This document shows, in pieces, positions 8,701 through 16,049 of a stretch of DNA of 16,909 nt. The position numbers and the translations under genes are program-made. The DNA is taken from contig JAVHPP010000033.1 in NCBI GenBank assembly GCA_036170655.1, positions 1 through 16,909 of the forward strand. The letters are read 5' to 3'. Position 1 is the first letter of the stretch. Each line of letters starts with the position of its first letter. Source of the stretch: Candidatus Zixiibacteriota bacterium (GTDB lineage Bacteria > Zixibacteria > MSB-5A5 > WJJR01). The notes beneath the pieces are model-generated. The model did not search any database, was not told the DNA's origin, and saw nothing but the letters and a program-made list of their open reading frames with translations.

Positions 8701-8914
8701 GATTCTGCACAAGTCCGGCGAGTCATATGCGGGCGGCAAACTGACCCAGAGCAATTCCGAACTCACCTTCTCGCCTCAGGGCAACTATTCTTTCTCGGCC
8801 CGTGTGAAGGGGGGATTCACGGCTCAATGGAGCGATATCAAGACCCGCTCAAGCAGCGGCACCAGCACCTCTCATACCCGCGCCCTGGGCATCTGGGCCG
8901 AATTCAGCTTCTGA
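2714..8914 (+). CDS. sprA: SprA/Sov family large outer-membrane beta-barrel (T9SS translocon-like); start may be TTG 2723
   Basis: 2066 aa with a Sec-type signal peptide. SprA-like segments: V.GTVG.KV.VKVDQDS......ENRIQIRYKGDEDDVLKTIEAGNT.LSLPNTQF...QGLFGLK; NILPQSEVVTLN....GTDYTIDYEIGEITFL; IDDFE; LHIDLGRISEDV; Y.YLKMYVH; EIWCDELRL. Amphipathic beta-strands and a C-terminal Phe (AEFSF). Confidence 0.88.
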   Translation: MRLLYGSSKLKRPFHRFVLWTSAYAFAYAAVLCLPVSTQATVGLSFSGDPFQPFHLPWKSISEDSIPVFEAGTLLISPQVQKSAGSSAQDLDIKTSLLGPRSALLAEAGPMSLDLQTFRAFQGQEQVVKTWNRDVMALMKKPDRDKRGPLRIGVELPSAMASVVGEGGAGLQVSGYRRITFSGRSQWNNTKNVSAVRQSKFPSLTMEQISRFTVEGTVGSKVSVKVDQDSKRLTDLENRIQIRYKGDEDDVLKTIEAGNTTLSLPNTQFVGYSQSIQGLFGLKASAQVGPIDVTMITSQEKGNSVRSRYTAGANEQAVTIRDYEYARNRFYDLGWLGDAFYVEPGDVIDTFYLFQGVGIQQEYGDPLGTAWVNALDTTRFRGYESGQKYRQLRIQTDYVLLNDRFYVYFPVARSGFENTVLAYYMVVRKKDGSLVRFGDVSSAPYRLQMLKPAVPTPADPLWKAEWKNVYDLRIKPGTEYNDIQTLDIYMGQRGTENDPVNINHQNKVPYLELFGLDRTGPSGSGDPDSKVDLKDANGNDILDLSNGLLIFPDQRPFDPPAGTRHSPRFPDSTLHEAVPTIYDWSKPQDRIDSSKYFIKLVTRSRSTRVNLGHVNILPQSEVVTLNSARQVSGTDYTIDYEIGEITFLNDRVLDKNASLTIDYGYSPFLSGDKRTLLGLRSEYAPGPDFHTGTTFLYKGSKTTDRPAQLGQEPFRDMVLDYDVYWKTSPRFLTRMADALPFVETQAPSNLTFAAEVARSMPNPNTQGRVLIDDFESAKRSSSLGIFREGWAIASPPRDSLDFAWHRPARGFYDRGFIWFNPLKQFNETDIYNRQVRNQSESRTHVLVFEFRPGSSPTKDSTGGAWGGIMRALPKDAWIQSGAEYIELRMAVVGKVPGKRTGMLHIDLGRISEDVNANDTLDTEDKNANLILDQGEDVGLDGRPDTAEVSPDGRPWNAATNPDPAGDNWEWDPNQVDAYGRYNYDRINGTQGNELDYRHSIPDTEDLSSDLQLDRLDSYFSYKVDLTEPDTTIRVEASLKRSSDVTGYANGQLEWYTYRIPLWNPAYPYDRIHAFSDSTPSPNNIRYARVWLSDADTTMRLYIAAMDIVEGGWKAAATAEGSKFRVAVKNTEENTDYEPPPGVSGYRDPTTNVREKEQSLALVYENLLPGDTGKTSPGSQPAQDVTGYRYLKMYVHGDRALPADTEMTFYLRFGQDSKNCYYYSNTVQPGWDDNNLVVDFDRLTAFKEDVRRSSPPGKTPADTFSVAEHLGVRGQPSLSRISYLEMGVVATGDPVTRHSGEIWCDELRLDAVRKDIGTAGRIRVSSQIADLLQVTGNIDQKNYAFRTLNDGRGGSVLNSSSAFSTGFNGAISLQKFFPETWGLAIPLSVNYNKNVGTPKLLTGSDVVLSQNQQEAARSTSITEGVSTGLSWTPKTKNWLVSSTLGALKLSNASMTRQRSWSPTTPYSITEGYNAGASYALTFPHRLTFPPLYWMRFLLAPKRLYNTPLSLLPTDFSASGTVSRSKSTTVNSSYLLTHVYARDFNGNARVGLKPLPALTIGYNMTTSRDVSRPEELKFSFNPKIGRETRFNERLTADYKPYVFSFFSPSFNYSADFNDQMTYLTNIVHDVQRNRQATVGGTFDLPKFWSFLGKAKPKPKAPGKSGSRSGDKQTNTTHPMSDLDIKAEGSKPEQPKGDEDKPSVHHDGSAPLVGPVNDDHGTEAANAPSRPDVFGPPSPDTTKKGARPGEPHRLGGGFGPVVAWQGLLSGLDWITSPIGPTSVSYTRRDGNTLSLGERPSKQFQFGFSSDPNAPVGPGSSSRPPSSSNSYEFNVKNQLRIANILTFGNGYAYVQSERKQSGSTSVTRGQTFPSLSTSLDRIERFKPVGMVFTSANLRFGYNKKWDESQTGSALKTRNTTSAFSPLISLTGTIKKGVRFSFTAERSASQTHTAEAGGSDTQSKTRSWRANADYAFRSPKGIPLPFLRGLKLNSQLSVTLSILHKSGESYAGGKLTQSNSELTFSPQGNYSFSARVKGGFTAQWSDIKTRSSSGTSTSHTRALGIWAEFSF

Positions 8915-8956
8915 TGGCCAATTCTCCGGGCAACCTGTCTGGCGCAGGGCGCGTCA

Positions 8957-9904
8957 TTGGCGTATCATAAACCTGTGACCGTTAGGCTTCGCCATCGGGT
9001 AATTGAACTGTCATGTGCCGGACGGGCAGTAGTGATTTGCCTTCTCATCGCGGGTCTCGCGTCTTGTCGGCAGGCAGACCCCGTCTTTGATGCGCCACGC
9101 GCATTCCGTGACCTCATAGCACAGACCGAGTTTGGCCCCAGGGTGCCGGGGACGGATGCCCATCGGCGCTGTGCCGACTGGCTGCGCCGTCAAATGTCTG
9201 GTCTGGCCGATTCGCTCTGGGATCAGCCCTTTGTCGTGATGATTCCCGAAACGACAGATTCCTCGACGATGAACAACATCATTGCCCGCTTTGGCCGTCA
9301 CGATCCACGCCGCATCCTGCTGGCCGCCCACTGGGATACACGGCCGCTTGCTGATATGGATCCTGACCCGGCCAACCGCCTGCGCTCGTTGGCCGGCGCC
9401 AATGACGGCGCCTCCGGTGTCGCGGTGTTGTTGGAGATCGCGCGTGCTCTCAAGGAGCGTCCACCCGGAATCGGTGTCGACATCGTCTTCTTTGACGCGG
9501 AAGATGGCGGCGAATACGGCTCGGAAAAAGGATGGTGCTTGGGATCATACCACTTCGCCGCCCATTTGCCGGCACACTATGAATGGGCAGTTGTTGTCGA
9601 CATGGTCGGCGACAGCGATCTGGCGTTATACAAAGAAGCGCACTCGTTGCGGTACGCGCCGGAGGTCGTCGAACGAATCTGGAAGGCGGCCGCGGATGCC
9701 GCTGAGACGGCATTCCGGCCCGAACGGGAAACGGAAATCTTCGATGATCACATGCCCCTTCTCATGCAGGGTGTCCCTGCGGCGGATATCATCGACATCC
9801 GCTATCCCTACTGGCACACGTCACAGGATACGCCGGATAAGTGCTCGGCGGCTTCACTGGCTGCGGTGGGCCGGGTCCTCCTGCGGGTGATCTATAGCGA
9901 GTGA
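8957..9904 (+). CDS. M28-family zinc lipoprotein, type II glutaminyl cyclase-like
   Basis: Lipobox LLIAGLAS-C. Motifs FGPRVPGT.AH, AHWDTRP, GANDGASGVAVLLEIAR, FFDAEDGG, DMVG, DDH.P and YWHT..DT. Exact start uncertain (TTG 8957 or a later GTG). Confidence 0.85.
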   Translation: MAYHKPVTVRLRHRVIELSCAGRAVVICLLIAGLASCRQADPVFDAPRAFRDLIAQTEFGPRVPGTDAHRRCADWLRRQMSGLADSLWDQPFVVMIPETTDSSTMNNIIARFGRHDPRRILLAAHWDTRPLADMDPDPANRLRSLAGANDGASGVAVLLEIARALKERPPGIGVDIVFFDAEDGGEYGSEKGWCLGSYHFAAHLPAHYEWAVVVDMVGDSDLALYKEAHSLRYAPEVVERIWKAAADAAETAFRPERETEIFDDHMPLLMQGVPAADIIDIRYPYWHTSQDTPDKCSAASLAAVGRVLLRVIYSE

Positions 9905-10446
9905 TCATGGCGTCAGAATCCTCTCCGTCCGGAAGAGATACAGCCCCTGCCCATGGGGCAGGCGCGTACGGTTTTTCCCGCATTGAACTGCGGGGATTGA
10001 TTGTGCTCAGCGTCCTGGCCGGCGGACTGATTATCTATGAGTGGTTTCATCGGCGGCCCGAGCAATCGGTTCCCGCCTGGGTCATCGAGGATGTCGTGAT
10101 CGGCTCGACTCAATCTCCCCTTCGTGCGGGAGTTACAGAAAGCGTTACCAATAATCCTACCGCTCTTCCGCCCGACAACAGGCAAAGTGGGGAGGTTACC
10201 GATCTGGGTCATGTGCTTGTCAATATCAATACGGCTGACCAGCGTGAGCTCATCCGCCTGCCCGGCATAGGTCCCGCGCTGGCGGGACGAATAATCGCCG
10301 ATCGGGAGAAGAAAGGCCCCTTCACGGACCTCCGCGATCTGGAACGGGTCCGTGGTATTGGGCCTAAGATGGCTGCCGTGTTAGCGGGGCGGGTCCGTTT
10401 CTCCCGGGCGAGAGCACTCACAATCGATACGAGCGGTGTGCCATGA
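9901..10446 (+). CDS. comEA: ComEA-family helix-hairpin-helix DNA-binding protein with N-terminal membrane anchor (start GTG 9901 or ATG 9907)
   Basis: TM segment GLIVLSVLAGGLIIY, a P/T/S-rich linker, then a tandem HhH domain VNINTAD..EL..LPGIGP.LA.RII..R...GPF....DL.RVRGIGPK. Confidence 0.85.
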   Translation: MIMASESSPSGRDTAPAHGAGAYGFSRIELRGLIVLSVLAGGLIIYEWFHRRPEQSVPAWVIEDVVIGSTQSPLRAGVTESVTNNPTALPPDNRQSGEVTDLGHVLVNINTADQRELIRLPGIGPALAGRIIADREKKGPFTDLRDLERVRGIGPKMAAVLAGRVRFSRARALTIDTSGVP

Positions 10447-11045
10447 GAATCATCGCTGGACGCTTCAAGGGCCATTCGTTGCGCTCCGTCCCCGGTCGCG
10501 CCGTACGCTCCACCGCCGACCGTGTCAAAGAGTCCCTTTTCAACATCCTCGTCGAATGCACGGAAGACGCGGAGGTCCTCGATTTGTTCTGTGGCGCGGG
10601 GACACTCGGGATGGAGGCTCTGTCACGAGGCGCCAGCCATGCGACGTTTGTTGACCTGTCACGCCGTTCCGCAGAGCGAACCCGCGAAAACCTGACAGCC
10701 CTGCATGCTGCCGGGCAGTCCGAGGTCCTCGTCAAAGATGCGCTGGCAGCCCTTAGTGTCTTGGGAAGACAGGGGCGGCGCTTTTCGCTGATTCTAGCCG
10801 ATCCCCCCTATGGCGAAGGATGGCCGAAGAAAGTGCTGTGTGCAGTGGGAAAGGCCGAGTGTCGAATGGAATGTGGTGTCTTTGTCATCGAATTCCACAA
10901 GAAAGATCCTCCCGGCGATCCACCACCTGGATTTGTGCTCTGGACCGAGAGACGATTTGGCGATACCATGTTGGGTGTCTGGCGCTGGTCGAAGACCATC
11001 GTTCTTACGGAGCAGATGTCACCCCCAGTGGGAGAGACACAATGA
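10443..11045 (+). CDS. rsmD: 16S rRNA (guanine(966)-N2)-methyltransferase
   Basis: MRIIAGRFKG, RSTADRVKESLFNIL, VLDLFCGAG.LG.EALSRGA and DPPY. Directly upstream of coaD, the usual arrangement. Confidence 0.95.
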   Translation: MRIIAGRFKGHSLRSVPGRAVRSTADRVKESLFNILVECTEDAEVLDLFCGAGTLGMEALSRGASHATFVDLSRRSAERTRENLTALHAAGQSEVLVKDALAALSVLGRQGRRFSLILADPPYGEGWPKKVLCAVGKAECRMECGVFVIEFHKKDPPGDPPPGFVLWTERRFGDTMLGVWRWSKTIVLTEQMSPPVGETQ

Positions 11046-11602
11046 CACGACCGACAACGAGCCGAATAGGGATCTACCCTGGGACATTCGATCCCATCAC
11101 CAATGGCCACCTCGATCTGATCGACCGCGCGCTGGCGCTTTTCGATCACCTGATCATTGCCATTGCCGAAAACCCCGACAAGGTCCAACTCTTTTCCGCC
11201 CCCGAGCGCCGCGACATGATAATCGACTCTCTGAAGCTCCTGCAGAATGGCGACCCCAAGCATCAGGTTGAGGTTGTGATCTTCAACGGTCTTCTGGCCC
11301 ACTTTGCCATTGAGCGCAAGGCCACGGCGATCCTGCGAGGACTGCGCGCCGTCTCGGATTTCGAATTCGAATTTCAGATCGCCCTGACGAACCGTACCCT
11401 GGCCCCCGATGTCGAGGCCGTGTTCCTCATGCCGAACGCAAAGTACACGTATCTTTCCTCCAGTATCATCAAGGATGTGGCCCGGCATGGGGGGGACGTC
11501 GCCAAGCTCGTTCCCCCGGTTGTGGTGCAGCGGCTGACCGAACGTTTCCGGATCAAAGACTCTCGCGACGGAACGGACACGGCAGGTCCGTCGCGCCGGT
11601 GA
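11042..11602 (+). CDS. coaD: Phosphopantetheine adenylyltransferase
   Basis: IYPGTFDPITNGHLDLI.RA, RGLRAVSDFEFE and LSSSIIKDVA.HGGDV..LVP. The real start is ATG 11042 (ATGA overlap with the rsmD stop, GGGAGA upstream), not 10820. Confidence 0.96.
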   Translation: MTRPTTSRIGIYPGTFDPITNGHLDLIDRALALFDHLIIAIAENPDKVQLFSAPERRDMIIDSLKLLQNGDPKHQVEVVIFNGLLAHFAIERKATAILRGLRAVSDFEFEFQIALTNRTLAPDVEAVFLMPNAKYTYLSSSIIKDVARHGGDVAKLVPPVVVQRLTERFRIKDSRDGTDTAGPSRR

Positions 11603-11711
11603 TCCGCGGCCGTGGTTCGTGGTTTTGACTTCCTGCGGCAGTGTGATGTTTATTGCTTCCATGGTTTCAAGCCTTCGGGAACGGGAGATGGCGAACAGGC
11701 CATTATAGATT

Positions 11712-12890
11712 ATGGCAGGGCGCAGCGAGAATCTCTTGAAACGATGGGGCATGTTCTGGCTGCGACGAATGGCGCCCAAGCCGGGGACGCCGCCCACGAG
11801 CAGGGACTTGGAACGCGTATTGCGGATTCTCGTAGTTCGTCTCGACGACCGGATCGGCAACGCCGTTCTGCTGACCCCGCTCTTGGTGGCGCTCAAGGGG
11901 CGGTTTTCCCGCGCCACGGTCGCCGTCCTGCTGGCCCGCCGCCATTGGGATCTCCGCCACTACATTCCGTCCGTGGACGAATTCATTCCCTTTGACCGCG
12001 CGGCGCTGGCGGTAAATCCCCTGCGGGTCTGGCGCCTGATTCGTCAATTGCGCGAGAAACGCTTCGACTTGGTTTTCAACGCCGCTGATGATCGGACCGT
12101 GTCCTTCAATCATCTTCTCGTCACCGCGTTATCCGGCGGGCGCTGCCGGGTGGGACATGCACAGAGTGAGGCCGCCCGTTTCTACGAAATTCCGGTTCCC
12201 ATTCCAAAGCCCGCGCCCGGCGGCACGACCCGGCATGCTGCCGAAATGCATCTCGACCTGCTTCGGGCGGTTACCCCCATTCGCTCACACCCACGGCCGC
12301 TGCTCAAGCCGCCAAAGATCGATACGGGTTTTGCGGAGCGCTTCTGCCAGCAGGATGGCGTCGATCCGTTGGCGCCTCTCGTGGTGATACACCCCGGAGG
12401 ACGGGGCGACAAGCGGTGGCCTGCCGGAGATTTCGCGTCTGTGGCCCGGCTTTTGCACGAACGCGGGCGCGTCAATATCGCCCTGGTCTGGGGGCCCGCA
12501 GACGATGGTGCTGCCCGTGAAGTGCTGGCTGCCGCAGGTGATGCCGTCATCCCGGCGGGCATCCTTTCTTATGACGATCTCATCTCACTGGTCAGACATG
12601 CGGCCATCTTTGTGTCTGGGGACTGTGGCCCGATGCATCTGGCATCTGCCATTGGAACACCGGTTGTCGCTGTGTTCTTGGTCAGCGACGCGGACAAATA
12701 TCATCCATTGGGTCCCAACGATACGACACTGGACGATCGTCAGTGTCATGTGACTCCCAACACCGTGGCCGATGCCGTGGTTCAGGCCCTGCAGCGAAGC
12801 ACGTCTACCCGGCCCGGTGGCTTGGCTATTTCCACGATTTGCGCGAATCCGAATCTGGCGATCAGAGGGAGAGGGCTGTCTGATGAGTAA
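11712..12890 (+). CDS. Glycosyltransferase family 9 (ADP-heptose:LPS heptosyltransferase-like)
   Basis: ILVVRLDDRIGNAVLLTP, LR...FDLV, VIHPGG...KRWP...F and FVSGDCGPMHLASAIGTPVVA. Confidence 0.9.
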   Translation: MAGRSENLLKRWGMFWLRRMAPKPGTPPTSRDLERVLRILVVRLDDRIGNAVLLTPLLVALKGRFSRATVAVLLARRHWDLRHYIPSVDEFIPFDRAALAVNPLRVWRLIRQLREKRFDLVFNAADDRTVSFNHLLVTALSGGRCRVGHAQSEAARFYEIPVPIPKPAPGGTTRHAAEMHLDLLRAVTPIRSHPRPLLKPPKIDTGFAERFCQQDGVDPLAPLVVIHPGGRGDKRWPAGDFASVARLLHERGRVNIALVWGPADDGAAREVLAAAGDAVIPAGILSYDDLISLVRHAAIFVSGDCGPMHLASAIGTPVVAVFLVSDADKYHPLGPNDTTLDDRQCHVTPNTVADAVVQALQRSTSTRPGGLAISTICANPNLAIRGRGLSDE

Positions 12891-14811
12891 CACCAGCGGC
12901 CGCTCTCCGACGACGTTGAAAGAGACGCCGACCTTGCGCCGGTTCCTTCAGTATGTCCGGCCCTACCGAGTGCACATGGCGGTATCGGTTACGGCAACCG
13001 TCCTCTATGTCGGCTTGTCTGCTCTCTTGATCTGGCTGATTGGACCTCTCATTTCTACGCTCTTCGGCAGTGCGCCCGTGGTCCAGCTGTCTCCGGCAAC
13101 TTCACTACCAGCCACCGGTGTCGCGGCTTGGTTTGAGCACGCAAAGAATGTCGGTGTTGGCGCATTTCAGAATCTGATTGTCCGTCCTGAACCCATTCAC
13201 ACGCTGGCGCGGCTGTGCATTGCTGTCCTGATCATCTCCGTGGTCAAGAATATCCTGCTTTACCTGCAGAATTACCTCGTAGCGGTCGTTCAGCAGAAAC
13301 TGATCCGAACACTCCGCGATCAACTGTTTGCGCATTATCAGGATCTGTCTCTGGCCTATTTCGCGCGGACCCGCACCGGTCAGGTGATCTCTCGCGTGAC
13401 CAACGATGTGCGCATTCTCAACGACATGCTCGATCTTGGCTTCACGCGCCTGGTTCGGGAACCGTTGCTGATTATCGTGCTTCTCGGTTCTTTGCTGATC
13501 ATCAGCTGGCAACTGGCGCTCCTGACCCTCGTCGTCATGCCCTTGTCCGCCACCGTGATGATTGTCGTGGGACGTTACATCCGGCGTTACTCGAAACGGT
13601 CCCAGGAACGCATGGCCGACCTGCACTCCATCCTCGAAGAGTCCGTCGGCGGGATCCGCGTGGTCAAGGCCTTTGGCATGCAACAATTTGAAGTGGATCG
13701 CTTCCATGGTGTCAATCAGTCGTTCTACCGGACGATGCTGAAGATGTCACGCGTGCGTATCCTCAACTCTCCGACCAACGAATTTCTCGGGACAGTCGCC
13801 GGTGTCATCATCCTCTGGTTTGGTGGCAGGGCCGTCTTGTCCGGGGCGGGTTTGAGTCCGGCCTCGTTCATCACCTACATCTTCCTTGTATTCTCGATGA
13901 TCCAGCCCATCAAGGCGCTGGCGGAGATTCTGGCGAAGATCCAGGAGGGGCGGGCAGCGGCCGAACGAGTCTTTGCTGCGCTGGATACTCCGGTCGATAT
14001 TGTTGATATGCCCGGTGCGAGCCCCATGACGGATTTTCGTGACCAGATTCGGTTTGAGAATCTCAGCTTCCGCTACGATGCCGGCCCGTGGGTTCTTGAC
14101 AACATCAATCTAACAATACTTCGTGGCAAATCCATTGCACTGGTGGGGCCATCGGGAGGAGGAAAATCCACTCTTTGCGACCTGCTGGCGCGTTTCTATG
14201 ACCCCCACGAGGGGCGAATCACTATCGATGGTATCGACATCCGTAAATTGACGGTCAACTCACTGCGTGCTCACTTAGGCGTGGTGACCCAGGACATTGT
14301 CCTGTTCAATGACACCGTGGCGAACAACATCGCCTATGGCATGCCGGGCACCACTGTCGAACGGCTGCGGCTGGCGGCCAAGACCGCGAATGCGCTCGAA
14401 TTCATCGAGGGTCTGCCCCAAGGCTTCGATACCTTGGTAGGAACGCGCGGCGCCAAACTCTCGGGCGGACAACGACAGCGTATCGCCATCGCGCGGGCCA
14501 TCCTGAAAGACCCGCCGATTCTTATCTTTGATGAGGCGACCAGTGCGCTGGACACAGAATCCGAAACGGCCGTGCGCCATGCCATCGCCAACTTGTTGCA
14601 GGAGCGGACCGCGTTGATCGTCGCGCATCGTCTCTCCACGGTGCGCGACGCCGATCTCATTGTCGTTATCGATGGCGGACGGATCATCGACAGCGGCCGG
14701 CACGACGAATTGCTCGAACGCGGGGGACTGTACCGGCGCCTCTATGATCTGCAGTTCGATGACACAGCCCTTTCGCCGGCAACGGCCAGAGCCACCAATC
14801 CCGTTGCGTGA
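12883..14811 (+). CDS. msbA: MsbA-like lipid A/core flippase (ABC exporter, TMD plus NBD)
   Basis: Six-TM-type TMD with RTGQVISRVTNDV and IRVVKAF. Walker A GPSGGGKST, signature LSGGQRQRIAIARA, Walker B LIFDEATSALD, AHRLST. Start ATG 12883 follows GAGGGAGAGG and overlaps the GT9 stop. Sits among LPS glycosyltransferases. Confidence 0.85.
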   Translation: MSNTSGRSPTTLKETPTLRRFLQYVRPYRVHMAVSVTATVLYVGLSALLIWLIGPLISTLFGSAPVVQLSPATSLPATGVAAWFEHAKNVGVGAFQNLIVRPEPIHTLARLCIAVLIISVVKNILLYLQNYLVAVVQQKLIRTLRDQLFAHYQDLSLAYFARTRTGQVISRVTNDVRILNDMLDLGFTRLVREPLLIIVLLGSLLIISWQLALLTLVVMPLSATVMIVVGRYIRRYSKRSQERMADLHSILEESVGGIRVVKAFGMQQFEVDRFHGVNQSFYRTMLKMSRVRILNSPTNEFLGTVAGVIILWFGGRAVLSGAGLSPASFITYIFLVFSMIQPIKALAEILAKIQEGRAAAERVFAALDTPVDIVDMPGASPMTDFRDQIRFENLSFRYDAGPWVLDNINLTILRGKSIALVGPSGGGKSTLCDLLARFYDPHEGRITIDGIDIRKLTVNSLRAHLGVVTQDIVLFNDTVANNIAYGMPGTTVERLRLAAKTANALEFIEGLPQGFDTLVGTRGAKLSGGQRQRIAIARAILKDPPILIFDEATSALDTESETAVRHAIANLLQERTALIVAHRLSTVRDADLIVVIDGGRIIDSGRHDELLERGGLYRRLYDLQFDDTALSPATARATNPVA

Positions 14812-16049
14812 TTCGGGGTGACCGCCCTTCGATGAAGATCATCGTCTCAATTGCCATGGATGGCCGCAGCGCGGGCACATGGTACGCGATCGAAACAGCG
14901 CGCCGATTCCAGGAACGCGGCCACACGGTGCTGTTTCTCCCGCGGCCGCGTGACCAGACCATCGACTTGGCGCGTGCCGCCGGTCTGTCAGTGATTGACG
15001 ACTTGGATCTTGAGGAAAAATCGCCCAAGACCCTGTATGGCAACCTCCGGCGTCTGATCCGCATCATCGGCGAGTTCGGTCCCGATGTGGTTCTGGCACA
15101 CTGGGGGGAAGATCACGCCTTCTGGGGGCTGGCCAAGGTCGTTGCCGCCCGCAAGATGGCCGTGATTCGTGTGCGTGCGCTCGACCCGAAGCCGCCGAAA
15201 CGCCACCCGTTGTCGCTCTGGCTCCACCGCCAAGCGACCGATATGGTTGTGACAGTGAATACACGGCTGGCCGCCGCGTACCGGATTCGCCTCCGCATTC
15301 CCGAAGCCAAACTCCGTATCATTCCGGCGGGCATTGACCCTTCATGGACAGAGCGCGAGGGCGGCGGGACAGATCATCTGGCGGCGCTGGGTGTCCCTGC
15401 CGACCGGCGGGTCGTCCTGCTCTTGGCGCGGTTCTCGCCGGTAAAGGGACATCGCGTTATGTTGTCCGCCATCCCGCAAATCCGGCGCCAGCATCCGGAT
15501 ACCCACTTCCTCTGGCTGGGGTACCCATCGGAATACACGGCCGATACATACCGTCGCTGGTTTGTCGAAGCCAACCAAGTAGGGTGCGTCACCGTAGTCG
15601 AACGGATGATTCCCAACTTGCCCGCTGTGATTTCTCTCTGTGCAGTCGGAGTTGTCTCGTCTATCGGTTCGGAGTCCGTATCACGTTCGCTCTTTGAGTA
15701 CATGCAGTGCGGCATTCCTGTGGTGGCGACCGATGTGGGCGGCGTCTCCGACTTGATGGAGCAGGGGGATTTTGGCCGACTCGTGCCACCCGATGACGCG
15801 CACGCGCTGGCCGAAGCAATCTCCGGGCTTCTGGATCGGCCCGAAGAATCGGCGCGTCAGGGAGAGCGGGCTCGCGATCATGTCCTGCAGTGTTGCACGT
15901 GGGAGCAGCGTGTCGATGAATGGGAAGATGTGCTCTACAAAGTTGTTGCCCGCGTCCGCGGTGCGTCTCTCCCGCAATTGCATGACGGCGAGCCGCCGAG
16001 CACCGGCGCCGGGGCGCCCTCATTGCTGGAATCGCAGTCCCGCCAGTGA
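14808..16049 (+). CDS. Glycosyltransferase family 4 (GT-B fold); start GTG 14808 or ATG 14832
   Basis: ARFSPVKGH and the E-x7-E motif ESVSRSLFEYMQCGIPVVATDVGG..D, followed by G.LVPP.D..ALA.AI. Confidence 0.9.
   Translation: MIRGDRPSMKIIVSIAMDGRSAGTWYAIETARRFQERGHTVLFLPRPRDQTIDLARAAGLSVIDDLDLEEKSPKTLYGNLRRLIRIIGEFGPDVVLAHWGEDHAFWGLAKVVAARKMAVIRVRALDPKPPKRHPLSLWLHRQATDMVVTVNTRLAAAYRIRLRIPEAKLRIIPAGIDPSWTEREGGGTDHLAALGVPADRRVVLLLARFSPVKGHRVMLSAIPQIRRQHPDTHFLWLGYPSEYTADTYRRWFVEANQVGCVTVVERMIPNLPAVISLCAVGVVSSIGSESVSRSLFEYMQCGIPVVATDVGGVSDLMEQGDFGRLVPPDDAHALAEAISGLLDRPEESARQGERARDHVLQCCTWEQRVDEWEDVLYKVVARVRGASLPQLHDGEPPSTGAGAPSLLESQSRQ

Noticed and set aside
10820..11041. N-terminal extension of CoaD as given in the ORF track
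   Set aside because: It overlaps rsmD by over 200 nt; ATG 11042 with an SD and ATGA coupling gives a near-normal CoaD length.
10808..11917. 369-aa minus-strand ORF over rsmD/coaD/GT9
   Set aside because: Antisense shadow of three well-supported genes; no domain signature.
11612..11995. 127-aa ORF bridging coaD and GT9, and a promoter at TTGACT 11625
   Set aside because: The ORF is mostly an alternative frame of GT9 with low-complexity composition, and the -35 candidate lacks a convincing -10.
12772..12882. N-terminal extension of the ABC transporter
   Set aside because: It lies inside the GT9 gene; ATG 12883 has a strong purine-rich SD.
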